In this document: piece by piece, positions 1-10,244 of the stretch | Position numbering within the stretch: the stretch's first letter is position 1 | Layout: each line of letters opens with the position of its first letter | Origin: Bacteroidota bacterium | GTDB taxonomy: Bacteria > Bacteroidota > Bacteroidia > Cytophagales > UBA9547 | DNA: 64,000 bases | Assembly: GCA_004293915.1 (NCBI GenBank) | Contig: RDZG01000057.1 | Coordinates: forward strand, 1-64,000 | Direction: 5' to 3' | Translations under genes and position numbers: made by a program | Notes under the pieces: model-generated | Databases searched by the model: none | Told to the model about the DNA's origin: nothing | Seen by the model: the letters and a program-made list of their open reading frames with translations, nothing else

Positions 1-143
1 CTAATTTGGTCTTGTGTAAAGTGCATCTTTTTATATTTAAAGGGTGGTACCTCAAATATAATATCTTGATCGCTTTACACACTTTTTTAGGACAGTATCC
101 TAATATTAGGTAATTGAAATTGTAATCATTTTATACAAGCATT

Positions 144-1403
144 TTGCAAAACATACCACTTTCAGAACGGCTTAGACCAAAATCGCTTAACGATTTTTTT
201 GGACAATCCCATTTGGTTGGACAAAGCGGTGTGATGAGAAAAATTTTGGAAAACAAATCGCTGCCTTCCATTATTTTTTGGGGTCCACCTGGTGTGGGCA
301 AAACCACTTTAGCTGGAATTATTGCTACCCATTTTGATTTGCCTTTTGTGGCTTTGAGTGCCATAAGTGCAGGAGTAAAAGAAGTGCGAGAGGTTATAGA
401 AAAAGCAAAATTTACACAAAAAACAATTCTTTTTATTGATGAAATTCATCGTTTTAATAAATCACAACAAGATGCTTTGCTAGCTGCTGTGGAGAAAGGA
501 ATTATTGTTTTGATAGGAGCTACAACCGAAAATCCATCTTTTGAAGTTGTTTCTGCATTGCTATCACGTTGCCAAGTTTATGTGCTTAAAGCATTTGAAA
601 CCAGCGAGTTAGAGGCACTACTGCATCACGCCATTCAAAAAGATGACTGGTTGCGAAATAAAAATTGTACATTAAAAGAAACCGAAGCTTTGATTCGGAT
701 TTCGGGTGGCGATGCCAGAAAACTACTCAATTTGTTAGAATTAATCGTTGGTTCTGCTGATGAAAACACAACAATTACAGACGAATTGGTACTTTCGATT
801 GCCGATAAAAATATTGCACTTTACGATAAAAATGGCGAGCAACACTATGATATTATTTCTGCATTTATAAAATCGATTAGAGGCAGCGACCCAAATGCTG
901 CTGTTTATTATTTGGCTCGGATGATAGAAGGAGGCGAAGATGTGTCGTTTATTGCCCGAAGGCTATTGATTTTGGCTTCTGAAGATATTGGAAATGCAAA
1001 TCCAACAGCTTTGGTAATTGCCAATAATTGTTTTCAAGCTGTAAATGTGATTGGCTATCCCGAAGCAGAAATCATTCTAAGTCAGTGTGTTACCTATTTG
1101 GCTGCTTCTGCCAAAAGCAATGCCGCATACAACGCAATTAAACAAGCTCGTGTTTTTGTGAAACAAACTGGCGATTTGCCTGTGCCTTTGGCATTGCGAA
1201 ATGCCCAAACAAAATTAATGAAAAACATGGATTATGGCAAAGACTATAAATACAGTCATCTGTATGATAATAATTTTGTAGCACAAGAATTTATGCCAGA
1301 AAAAGCTGCAAAAACCGTTTTTTATGAGCCAGGAAAAAATCCAAGGGAAGAAGAAATGAGGCAACATCTTCGCAAACTTTGGAAAGAAAAATACGGATAT
1401 TGA
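144..1403 (+). CDS. rarA: Replication-associated recombination protein A (AAA+ ATPase RarA/MgsA)
   Basis: 419 aa. Walker A FWGPPGVGKTT. AAA+ core plus MgsA C-terminal helical domain pattern. Confidence 0.85.
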   Translation: MQNIPLSERLRPKSLNDFFGQSHLVGQSGVMRKILENKSLPSIIFWGPPGVGKTTLAGIIATHFDLPFVALSAISAGVKEVREVIEKAKFTQKTILFIDEIHRFNKSQQDALLAAVEKGIIVLIGATTENPSFEVVSALLSRCQVYVLKAFETSELEALLHHAIQKDDWLRNKNCTLKETEALIRISGGDARKLLNLLELIVGSADENTTITDELVLSIADKNIALYDKNGEQHYDIISAFIKSIRGSDPNAAVYYLARMIEGGEDVSFIARRLLILASEDIGNANPTALVIANNCFQAVNVIGYPEAEIILSQCVTYLAASAKSNAAYNAIKQARVFVKQTGDLPVPLALRNAQTKLMKNMDYGKDYKYSHLYDNNFVAQEFMPEKAAKTVFYEPGKNPREEEMRQHLRKLWKEKYGY

Positions 1404-1421
1404 CCTAATAAAACCAATATT

Positions 1422-2225
1422 TTAACCAAACAAACATTTATGAGCAAAGGTACGAATTGCACCTATCGTTTCGATGGGCTTTTCGTGAATAGCTTGATGA
1501 TCACACTCTTCCATAAAAACGGCATAGCTAAACGGTGCCAAATGACACTGAGCCAAACTATCTTCAAATTTTACAGAACCATCGTTTTTTCCAATAATAT
1601 ACAAAACTGGAAATTGGGCTTCGACCAAAACTTTAGTTCTGTCTGGTCGGTCTCGCATTGCTACAATAGCATTTTTTACACCAATTTCAGAAGCTTTTAG
1701 ACCCATTTTTATAATACTTTGTATGGCTGAATCGCATTTTTTTCTGTTTTTTGGATAAAACATTGGTGGTACAAATGGTTTTATAAATGCTTCCAGTCCA
1801 TTATTATCCAAAAAATCTATGGTTTTGTTTCGTTGCAATTTTTTCTCATCCGAGTCTTCAAAAGCGGTAGAATTGCACATGACCAACCCTTTAATCATAG
1901 CTGGGTATTTTTCTAAAAAAGCCAACGAAACATAGCCTCCAAGCGAATGTCCGACTAGTACAAATTCTAAAACATTCATTGCAACTAACTGATTATAAAC
2001 AGATTCAGCCAGCAATTCCATAGTGGTTTTGTCGCTCAAAACGGGGCTGCTCCCAAATCCTGGCAAGTCGATGCTGATTACAGTAAAAGATTTTGAAAGA
2101 CTTTCTAAAGCTTCGTCCCAATATTCTTTGGCTTCGCAAAACCCGTGTAAAAGCACAACAACCGGACCATCACCATCTCGAGTATAACTCAATGGAGGTG
2201 TTTTTAAAATGAAATTTGTAGCCAT
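1422..2225 (-). CDS. Alpha/beta-fold hydrolase
   Basis: 267 aa. HGF..EY motif and nucleophile elbow GHSLGG. Confidence 0.7.
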   Translation of the reverse strand: MATNFILKTPPLSYTRDGDGPVVVLLHGFCEAKEYWDEALESLSKSFTVISIDLPGFGSSPVLSDKTTMELLAESVYNQLVAMNVLEFVLVGHSLGGYVSLAFLEKYPAMIKGLVMCNSTAFEDSDEKKLQRNKTIDFLDNNGLEAFIKPFVPPMFYPKNRKKCDSAIQSIIKMGLKASEIGVKNAIVAMRDRPDRTKVLVEAQFPVLYIIGKNDGSVKFEDSLAQCHLAPFSYAVFMEECDHQAIHEKPIETIGAIRTFAHKCLFG

Positions 2226-2232
2226 AGATTTG

Positions 2233-2496
2233 TTAATGTGTTAAATATCTATAATCTTTTTCAATTCCCAAAATTTGCTCTATGTGATACACCTCAGGGC
2301 AAGAGTTCCAAGTGAACATATTGCCCGAAAGAATTTGGTATTTTTTGCGGTCTTCTGGCTTTACAAATTTGGTAGACGGAAGTTTTTTAGCTGGTACAGT
2401 GATAATTCTTCCATCTTCTAAATAGATAGAAAAATGGGTGTTTTCAGTCCAAAGTATTTTTTTAATTTTTGGATGTGTTCCGATGAAGCCTTCCAT
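2233..2496 (-). CDS. Small DUF2442-like protein
   Basis: 87 aa. Resembles DUF2442 family short proteins as remembered (NTHFSIYLEDGRII). Sits at the end of the purL-side gene string. Confidence 0.4.
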   Translation of the reverse strand: MEGFIGTHPKIKKILWTENTHFSIYLEDGRIITVPAKKLPSTKFVKPEDRKKYQILSGNMFTWNSCPEVYHIEQILGIEKDYRYLTH

Positions 2497-2501
2497 GTGT
2501 T

Positions 2502-3674
2502 CTACTTTGTACTATTTGTGTTAAAATTATAAGTTTTTCCAATAATTTCTTTTAATAATGAAATTTGATTAGCGGTTGCGTTCTTTTCTAAATCAAAAAT
2601 TTTTAATATCAAATCTGAATTAAACTTTTTATCATCTTTTTTTAATTCTAATTCATTTAACAAAAAAACATAATGTTTATTTATTTTCTCCACTTCTATA
2701 TTCTTATAGATTTCTGGAAATAATAACAACATCCCATCTCTAAATTTTAGAAGAGTCAACTTTTCTTTAAGATTTTTATTTTCAATAATATTTTTTTTCT
2801 CTAAAATATCTAATTCTAGGTTTGCATTTAGTTCCTTCACTATAATTTTGGATTTCTCGGAATTAAATTCTATACTATCTCTTAAACCTTCAATTTCTGA
2901 TTCGTTTACTTTATTAAATATCTTAAGATTATTATCATATTTATTTTGTTCAAATTTATTTTCATTTGATTGCTTAGTTAAATCATTATTTTGTTTCAAT
3001 TTTAGTCTTTCAGTATAATAATTTTCTAAACTATCATCGATAAAAGATATTTTTTCTATAATAATATTAGTAATTTTAAATGGTGAATTAATTGATTTAA
3101 TTATAAAGTCATGTTTTTTTTCAATTTCCGAGTTTAGATTTGCTGTATTATTAAAAATTTCATCTACCTTTTTATTTGTAAATATTTTTTTTATTTCAGT
3201 ATTTATCTGTGATTCTAGGGCTAATAATACGTTTTTTGGATCTAATATATAGGAAGAAACTTTTTCAAAATCAGTTGAAATTGTCAATATTACTTGTATT
3301 TGAAGTTGAAATTCTATTACATCTAAACTTTTTGCTTTAAATGGTTTTAAATCATGCTTTATAGGAATTAATTTTACTGTCAAAATAGAATCATAGGAAT
3401 TTATAAGAGGTAATTTAAACAACATGTGTTCACTATTCTGGGAAAGGATAGTTGTCGGGATTTTCTTTTTAATTTTAACAAATAGAACTGGCGAAAAAGT
3501 TGATATGACTTCTAAAATATTTAATCTATAGTATTTTAAAAGTTCTAATTCATCTATTTTATCAACTTTTCTGTAGTTTTTATTTTCAACACATAAATCA
3601 TGGACAAACACATAGCCCATATAAAAACAGATTATTAAAAAGATCAAAAGTATAATTCCAAACATGATTTCCAT
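2502..3674 (-). CDS. Hypothetical membrane-anchored protein, Asn/Lys/Ile-rich, low complexity
   Basis: 390 aa. One N-terminal TM helix. Very AT-rich codon use unlike neighbours. Starts 17 bp after the purL stop. Confidence 0.4.
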   Translation of the reverse strand: MEIMFGIILLIFLIICFYMGYVFVHDLCVENKNYRKVDKIDELELLKYYRLNILEVISTFSPVLFVKIKKKIPTTILSQNSEHMLFKLPLINSYDSILTVKLIPIKHDLKPFKAKSLDVIEFQLQIQVILTISTDFEKVSSYILDPKNVLLALESQINTEIKKIFTNKKVDEIFNNTANLNSEIEKKHDFIIKSINSPFKITNIIIEKISFIDDSLENYYTERLKLKQNNDLTKQSNENKFEQNKYDNNLKIFNKVNESEIEGLRDSIEFNSEKSKIIVKELNANLELDILEKKNIIENKNLKEKLTLLKFRDGMLLLFPEIYKNIEVEKINKHYVFLLNELELKKDDKKFNSDLILKIFDLEKNATANQISLLKEIIGKTYNFNTNSTK

Positions 3675-3690
3675 TTTTTTTATTTAATTT

Positions 3691-6117
3691 TTACCCCAAC
3701 ATCCCCTCAATCACTCCATCATACTGATTTTTAATTTCGTCAATGCCAAAATAAGTTTCGCCATCTATTACTGCATTTTTGCCTGTTACATTTCCCAAAA
3801 ACAAATAATCTACTTCTAGCACTTCGAAATAGCGGGTAAAAGCTTCTACGTTGCCTTTGCTTACGGTTACTAAAACTCTGCCTTGCGCTTCGCCAAAAAG
3901 GAAAGCATCTTTGCGAATAAGGGCATCAGTAAAAATCTCAAATCCTAATCCACGAGGAAAAGCAGCTTCCATCAAAGCTACTATCAATCCACCATCCGAA
4001 AGATCATGACAAGCATTAATCAATTTGTCTTTGATGAGTTTTTTTATCGTTTGTTGCATCGCATACTCTTCGTCCAAATCAAAATATGGAGCTGGAGAGG
4101 CTTTTATTCCCAAATAGCCATACAAATATTCTGAACTGGCAATGTCGTTGACAGAATTTCCTATCAAATAAATAAAATCTCCTTCAGCTTTAAAATCAAG
4201 TGTCATGTGATTACTTCTATCGTCCAAAATTCCAAGCATACCAATCGTAGGTGTTGGAAAAACGGGAATGGTTTCACCTTCTGGAGTTGAATATTGGTTG
4301 TAAAAACTCACATTTCCACCAGTAACTGGGGTTTGGAATTTCTCACAAGCTTTTTTCATTCCTTTGATACTTCCCACAAATTGCCAATATACATGCGGAT
4401 TGTAGGGATTTCCAAAGTTCAAATTGTTGGTAACTGCCACTGGCTCACCACCTGAGCAAACTACATTTCTCGATGCTTCTGCCACCGCCATGGCACAGCC
4501 TTCTTCCGGATTTGCATTTACATACCTTCCATTGCAATCGATATTCATAGCCAAAGCTTTATTCGTACCTTTTATTTTTACCACAGCCGAATCGGAAGGA
4601 GCATTGGTACACATATTTATGGTTCCCACCATGCTATCGTATTGGCGAGCAATCCATCTTTTCGATGCAATATTGGGTCTGTTTAATAAGAATTTGGAAA
4701 TTTCCACAAAATTCGTAGGCACTTTTACATCTTCGATATTAAACTTTTGAAACTCTTTGAAATAAGGAGGTTCGCTATATTCTCGATGATACACAGGAGC
4801 TCCGCCACCTAGTACTAAATCGTGGCAAGGAACATCGGCAACTAGAAAAGCATCTAATCCAAGCCCCCTAACCTCCGAAGGGGGAAGTGCTGCCGCATCC
4901 AACTCTTGCGAATGCAAATCTTGCGTAAGCAACTCCCCCTTCGGGGGCTGGGGGGCTTTTGATGCGCCAGCAGTCCCCCCTTCGGGGGTTAGGGGGCTTT
5001 TCCCTGTTTCCATGATTTCATTCATCAAATTATGCTGCTCTTGTGGAACATTATAATAAAAGTTTAATCTTTTAGAATCAGTTACTACCCCAATTTGGGC
5101 ACAATTCAAATCCCATTTCTCAAAGATGGACAATATTTTTTGTTCCATTCCTTTATGAACTACCACGAGCATTCGCTCTTGGCTTTCGGAAAGCAGGATT
5201 TCAAAAGGTTTCATATTTGCTTGTCGCATAGGAACTTTGTCGAGCCAAATCACCATACCATGTTCGCCTTTAGCACTCATTTCTGAGGTAGAACAAATGA
5301 TGCCAGCTGCTCCCATATCTTGAATACCGATTACAGCACCAGATTCTAGTACTTCCAAACTGGCTTCGAGCAACAGTTTTTCCATAAAAGGATCGCCTAC
5401 TTGCACTGCAGGAAGGTCTTTTGTAGAATCTTCTGTTAAATCTTTCGATGCAAAAGCAGCTCCATGAATACCGTCTTTTCCTGTAGAAGACCCTACAATA
5501 AACACTGGATTCCCCACACCATACGAAGTAGCAGATGCCGTATGTCCCACTTTTGCTATTCCTGCCGAAAACGCATTTACCAGCGGATTAATCGTATAAC
5601 ACTCGTCAAAATTGATTTCGCCTCCCACCGTAGGAATTCCAAAAGCATTGCCATAATCGCCAATTCCTTTTACCACCCCTTTCAAATGCCATTTAGCTTT
5701 TTCGTTGGTCAAATTTCCAAAACGCAACGAATTTAATTGGGCAATCGGTCGTGCTCCCATCGTAAAAATATCTCTATTAATACCACCAACTCCTGTAGCA
5801 GCTCCTTGGTAAGGCTCCAAAGCAGAAGGGTGATTATGACTTTCGATTTTGAACGAACAAGCCAATCCACCACCAATATCTACCAAACCTGCATTTTCTT
5901 CTCCTGCTTTGGCAAGCATACGTGGGCTATCTTTTGGCAGTTGTTTAAGCCACACGATTGAGTTTTTGTAGCAGCAATGTTCGCTCCACATGACCGAAAA
6001 TATACTTAATTCAGTAAAGTTTGGGCTGCGACCTAATATTTGTTTTACTTTTTCAAATTCTTCGTCACGAAGTCCTAATTTTTGAGCTGTTTCTAATGTT
6101 GGAAGTTGTTCTTGCAT
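3691..6117 (-). CDS. purL: Phosphoribosylformylglycinamidine synthase subunit PurL, carrying an in-frame ~50-aa repeat-derived insertion
   Basis: 808 aa. AIR-synthase-related N- and C-domain motifs typical of PurL. About 60-70 aa longer than usual because of the GC-rich element at 4861-5005. Confidence 0.85.
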   Translation of the reverse strand: MQEQLPTLETAQKLGLRDEEFEKVKQILGRSPNFTELSIFSVMWSEHCCYKNSIVWLKQLPKDSPRMLAKAGEENAGLVDIGGGLACSFKIESHNHPSALEPYQGAATGVGGINRDIFTMGARPIAQLNSLRFGNLTNEKAKWHLKGVVKGIGDYGNAFGIPTVGGEINFDECYTINPLVNAFSAGIAKVGHTASATSYGVGNPVFIVGSSTGKDGIHGAAFASKDLTEDSTKDLPAVQVGDPFMEKLLLEASLEVLESGAVIGIQDMGAAGIICSTSEMSAKGEHGMVIWLDKVPMRQANMKPFEILLSESQERMLVVVHKGMEQKILSIFEKWDLNCAQIGVVTDSKRLNFYYNVPQEQHNLMNEIMETGKSPLTPEGGTAGASKAPQPPKGELLTQDLHSQELDAAALPPSEVRGLGLDAFLVADVPCHDLVLGGGAPVYHREYSEPPYFKEFQKFNIEDVKVPTNFVEISKFLLNRPNIASKRWIARQYDSMVGTINMCTNAPSDSAVVKIKGTNKALAMNIDCNGRYVNANPEEGCAMAVAEASRNVVCSGGEPVAVTNNLNFGNPYNPHVYWQFVGSIKGMKKACEKFQTPVTGGNVSFYNQYSTPEGETIPVFPTPTIGMLGILDDRSNHMTLDFKAEGDFIYLIGNSVNDIASSEYLYGYLGIKASPAPYFDLDEEYAMQQTIKKLIKDKLINACHDLSDGGLIVALMEAAFPRGLGFEIFTDALIRKDAFLFGEAQGRVLVTVSKGNVEAFTRYFEVLEVDYLFLGNVTGKNAVIDGETYFGIDEIKNQYDGVIEGMLG
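4861..5005. repeat. GC-rich palindromic MITE/REP-like element inserted in-frame in purL
   Basis: AAGCCCCCTAACCTCCGAAGGGGGAAG ... AACTCCCCCTTCGGGGGCTGGGGGGCTTTT ... GTCCCCCCTTCGGGGGTTAGGGGGCTTTT. Same terminal motifs as the intergenic copy at 34981-35135. Local GC far above the genome background. Confidence 0.6.
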
Positions 6118-6515
6118 TATATTATTGTTATTTTTTTTAATTCTTTTATATTATCAAAATGTTTATCTAAAGTTAATAAGGTCAAATCATAAGCAATACA
6201 ACTCGCAGCAATCCATATGTCATTTTCAGGAATCGGCTTACCTAATTCCTTTAATTTTTTTCTAATCTCAGAATAGTAAGTAGCAATTTCTGAATCAATT
6301 TGTATAATGTTTAATTTATTACAAAAAACGTCTATCTCTTTTCTGTTTTTATCTTTTTTTAAAGAAATATTTGCTCCAAAATAAAGTTCCCCCAAAACAA
6401 TAACTGGAATAAATATATTTGAAGTGATGAAATTATCTATATGTTTTTTAACAACCACATTTTGTCTTAGATATTCAACTATTATATTTGTATCCAATGC
6501 TACCTTAACTACCAT
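6117..6515 (-). CDS. PIN-domain toxin (VapC-like)
   Basis: 132 aa. Begins VALDTNIIVEY, the PIN Asp signature. 7-bp overlap with the upstream small gene. Its stop codon overlaps the purL ATG (TTATG on the reverse complement). Confidence 0.7.
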   Translation of the reverse strand: MVVKVALDTNIIVEYLRQNVVVKKHIDNFITSNIFIPVIVLGELYFGANISLKKDKNRKEIDVFCNKLNIIQIDSEIATYYSEIRKKLKELGKPIPENDIWIAASCIAYDLTLLTLDKHFDNIKELKKITII

Positions 6516-6745
6516 TCTCCTTCAATTCTATTAAATTCAGCATCAATAATATTTTTAAGCTCTTCAGCATCTTCATCAGAAATAGCCTTTTGGGATATAA
6601 TATGTGATTTGGTTTTAGTATTAATTTTATTCATCTCATGCAAAATACGATAAACATCATATAGCTTTTCTGGTGCTAAACTATTCACTTCTGAAATAAT
6701 TTTAGCATAGTAATTATTTGATTTTATATTATTGAGTTGTTTCAT
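6509..6745 (-). CDS. Putative antitoxin partner of the PIN toxin
   Basis: 78 aa. Directly upstream of and overlapping the PIN gene, the classic type II toxin-antitoxin arrangement. Confidence 0.5.
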   Translation of the reverse strand: MKQLNNIKSNNYYAKIISEVNSLAPEKLYDVYRILHEMNKINTKTKSHIISQKAISDEDAEELKNIIDAEFNRIEGEW

Positions 6746-6948
6746 TGCTTTTTGATATTTTTTGCTGGTATCACAATCTGTGATACCACCTCTGTTGTGT
6801 CAAAACAATATTTATCTACTTTATATTAGATATTCTATAATTTTCACTTCTTCAATTTGAAAATAGTTTTTTATCCACAGTAATTAAAGAAAAATTATAT
6901 CTTATTCCACCTAAAAAAAATAAAGTTACATTTGTATCAGCCACCACA

Positions 6949-7146
6949 TTATCTATCCCATTCATCTCTCATTCGGTTTTGGTACTCCATACCATCTTCT
7001 TCAAACGTTACTTTTCCACAAAACTGCGACCAGTCCACAGGCTTTCTGCCTTCCAATAAAATATTTGGACGTTCTTCTTTGCTCAATTGCTCCAGCATAG
7101 CATTAAATTGCTCAACAGTAGTTTCTTTGGTTAGAACATATCTCAT
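6949..7146 (-). CDS. Small hypothetical protein (possibly DUF2281-like)
   Basis: 65 aa. Clean ORF with an acidic, aromatic C-terminus. Weak recollection of a DUF2281 antitoxin-like family. Confidence 0.3.
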   Translation of the reverse strand: MRYVLTKETTVEQFNAMLEQLSKEERPNILLEGRKPVDWSQFCGKVTFEEDGMEYQNRMRDEWDR

Positions 7147-7379
7147 TTTTATAAAATTTTAATTAACGTCAATTTTAAAATAAATGCAATTATATAAATC
7201 TTTACGAAATTAAGATTAGTTGATGTGTTTTTCAAATGGTTTCACAACTTGATTAACATTTTTAATATCAAACATCACTTTACAAAGGTAATTAAAAACT
7301 TCAAAATGATTTTAGAGCATAAAACTATTTTGAATTAATAATCAGATAATTTTTATTTTTTACCTTATTTTTTTGGTAA

Positions 7380-8108
7380 TTGGAAGTGATTTTTAAAAAA
7401 ATAGTGATGGAAAATAAAAACAAAAACAGGTTAAAATATTTCAAACAAACCATTTTTAGCCAATTTATGATGGCTTTTGAGGCTCTTTTGATTGAAGATT
7501 TGATTCACATGGCTGTTCCGCCTTCGGAGGCTGCTAAAAGTTTTGGCGAGATTATTTTTCTTCTCACAACCATTTGGTATATGTATTCGCTTTACAAAAT
7601 GGTTAGGTGTTTTGATTCAAATGCAAAAATTGTAAATGGCATGTATATTGCTTTGGTAACAGCTTTTGTAATCGGTGCAACACTTGCAAGTCCGGGTGTT
7701 GAAATTTTTGATGATATTACCAAAAGATTCATTCTTTTTGGTGTACAAGTAACTTTGTATAGCTCTTTTTGTATGTTGATTTACTATACAATTATCGAAA
7801 TTTTTGGCGAAAACAGTAATATGGAAGAGCGTATGTGGGGTTCGGCTGCGGTTTTTTTGATGATAGCCATAAGTTTTGCTTCGATGTATGATATAGTGTG
7901 TTTGGTTTATCCAAATGCTACTGGAGTACTCCACGAAATGCGTTTTCATAGTTATATGATGTGCGTGGCATATAGTTTAAATGTGGTTGGAGCATTAGAT
8001 ACTGCATTTCCAGAAGCTATTCCTATTGTCAAAGATATTAGTATTTTAGAGGCTGTTTGGAGCCATCTTTTTGGATTATTGTTGGTGGGTAGGTTATTAT
8101 CCAAATAA
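7380..8108 (+). CDS. Hypothetical polytopic membrane protein
   Basis: 242 aa. About 5-6 predicted hydrophobic helices. No recognisable family. Confidence 0.4.
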   Translation: MEVIFKKIVMENKNKNRLKYFKQTIFSQFMMAFEALLIEDLIHMAVPPSEAAKSFGEIIFLLTTIWYMYSLYKMVRCFDSNAKIVNGMYIALVTAFVIGATLASPGVEIFDDITKRFILFGVQVTLYSSFCMLIYYTIIEIFGENSNMEERMWGSAAVFLMIAISFASMYDIVCLVYPNATGVLHEMRFHSYMMCVAYSLNVVGALDTAFPEAIPIVKDISILEAVWSHLFGLLLVGRLLSK

Positions 8109-8185
8109 TTTCAAGAACACGATTTTAAAATTTGTAATTCTCGGATTCAGATTCGTAATTTGCAACCCAAATTCAGAAAAATTAA

Positions 8186-9179
8186 AATGGCAAAAATTCT
8201 CATTACAGGCGGAGCAGGTTATATTGGTTCGCACACGGTTCGATTGATGTCCGAAAAAGGATATGAAATTATTGTGCTCGACAATCTTGTTTATGGACAC
8301 AGAGAAGCCATTTTGAATCCAGAAATCGAACTTGTAGTTGGCGACTTGGGAGATACCGAACTTGTTGGTAGACTTTTCGAATATCATGATATTGAGGCTG
8401 TTATACATTTTGCTGCTTATGCATTTGTTGGCGAATCGGTTACAGACCCCGAAAAATATTATCAAAATAATATTGCTGCACCATTAAATTTAATTGCTGT
8501 AATGCGTAAATATGGCTGCAATAATTTTATATTTTCTTCAACTTGTGCCACATACGGCAATCCAGAATATGCTCCTTTAGACGAAAATCATCCGCAAAAT
8601 CCTATAAATCCATACGGACAAAGCAAATTGATGCTCGAAAAAATCTTAAAAGATTATCATAAAGCCTATAATTTTAATTATGCTTTTTTGCGTTATTTTA
8701 ATGCCTCTGGTGCATCGCCAGATGGATTAATTGGCGAAGACCACAATCCAGAAACGCACTTAATTCCTCTGATTTTAGATGCTGTAAATGGCGACAGACC
8801 GCATATTACTGTTTTTGGTACCGATTACGAAACTCAAGACGGAACTTGTGTGCGTGATTATATCCATGTAGATGATTTAGCAACTGCACATATTGCCGCA
8901 TTGGAGCATTTGAAAGCAGGAAAACCTCCTGTAATTTGCAATTTAGGAACAGGAAATGGCGTAAGTGTAAAAGAAATGATAGCTGCCGTAGAGGAAGTTA
9001 CAGGCAAACAAGTGCCTGTAGTGTATGGCGAACGCAGAGCTGGCGATCCACCATTTTTGTTTGCAAATGCCACTCATGCCAAAGCTGTTTTAGGTTGGGA
9101 AGCAAAATATAAAGATGTAAAAGATATTATTAGCCATGCTTGGACTTGGAAAACAGGTGCAAGAGGTGGTAAATATTAA
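8186..9179 (+). CDS. galE: UDP-glucose 4-epimerase
   Basis: Begins MAKILITGGAGYIGSH with the SDR YxxxK motif. Length and pattern match GalE. The true start is more likely 8186 than the ORF-track 8160. Confidence 0.85.
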
Positions 9180-9225
9180 TTTTCGATACCGAATTGCTAA
9201 TTTGCCTATTAGCCTTATTAGAAAA

Positions 9226-10143
9226 TTAAGTATTCATTTGTTTCAATTGTGCAGCTAAAATTGCAATGCCTTCATCAAAACTTTTGGGATTATAGCCTAA
9301 ATCTTTGATGGCTTTTTCAATTACAAATCCAGTTTTGGGTGGTCGCATGGCTGGTTGCGAAAATGTACTCGAATCGGCTTTTGTGATATAACTTCCATCT
9401 AAATTGAAATAATCAACCACTTTCATTGCCATTTGGTATGGATTCAAAAAATCTTTGCCCGAAATGTTATAAATACCTTCGGCTTTTTTATCAGCCATCA
9501 AATAACAACCCATTGCTAGGTCTTCTGCCAAAGTAGGCGTTCGCCATTGATCGTCCACCACTTTGATGTTCTTTTTTTCTTCGAGCGATTTTTTTACCCA
9601 CAAAATAATATTAGTTCGGCTCATGTCATACGCGATGCCATAAACCAAAACTGTGCGAGCAATGCCATATTTCAAACCTTGCATGTTCATTATAATTTCC
9701 TCAGCAGCCAATTTTGTATAACCATAAAAACTTACTGGATATGGTTTAGCTTCTTCGGTAAGTGGACCTTGCTTTCCATCAAAAATAAAATCGGTAGAAA
9801 CATGCACTAAAAATGCATTATTATCTCTACAACTTTCGGCAATATATTTTGTGGCAATAGTATTTTGTGTCCAAGCCTCTTCTTTGTTCAATTCGCAAGC
9901 ATCCACATTTGTCATGGCAGCTCCATGAATCACAATCGTTGGTTTATGCGTTTTTATTATGGTTTCGACTTCGGTTTTATTTGTAATATCAAGCGAAACG
10001 TAAACATAACCCGATTTGTTTGGCAATCTATTTTCGCCTCTACCTGTTGCAATTAAATCGTATTTGTTTTCTTTTAGTATTAATTCAACCAACTTTTGCC
10101 CTAAAAGTCCGTTTGTTCCTGTTATTAAAATTTTCTCCTTCAT
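9226..10143 (-). CDS. SDR-family NAD(P)-dependent sugar nucleotide reductase/epimerase (RmlD-like)
   Basis: 305 aa. Begins ILITGTNGLLG with a Rossmann fold. Short-chain sugar-nucleotide reductase pattern. Confidence 0.55.
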   Translation of the reverse strand: MKEKILITGTNGLLGQKLVELILKENKYDLIATGRGENRLPNKSGYVYVSLDITNKTEVETIIKTHKPTIVIHGAAMTNVDACELNKEEAWTQNTIATKYIAESCRDNNAFLVHVSTDFIFDGKQGPLTEEAKPYPVSFYGYTKLAAEEIIMNMQGLKYGIARTVLVYGIAYDMSRTNIILWVKKSLEEKKNIKVVDDQWRTPTLAEDLAMGCYLMADKKAEGIYNISGKDFLNPYQMAMKVVDYFNLDGSYITKADSSTFSQPAMRPPKTGFVIEKAIKDLGYNPKSFDEGIAILAAQLKQMNT

Positions 10144-10244
10144 TCTCTGATTTTATACAAACATAAAAAAAGGATTGAAAATTTTTGAAAAAATATTTTT
10201 TGATTTCAAATCCTTTATTTATATTTGGTCTAAATATAAACAAA

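Noticed and set aside
6949-7162. Overlapping plus- and minus-strand small ORFs (65 and 76 aa) as an antisense gene pair
   Set aside because: The plus-strand ORF is Ser/Leu-rich low-complexity shadow of the minus-strand ORF. Only the minus-strand 65-aa ORF is retained, at low confidence.
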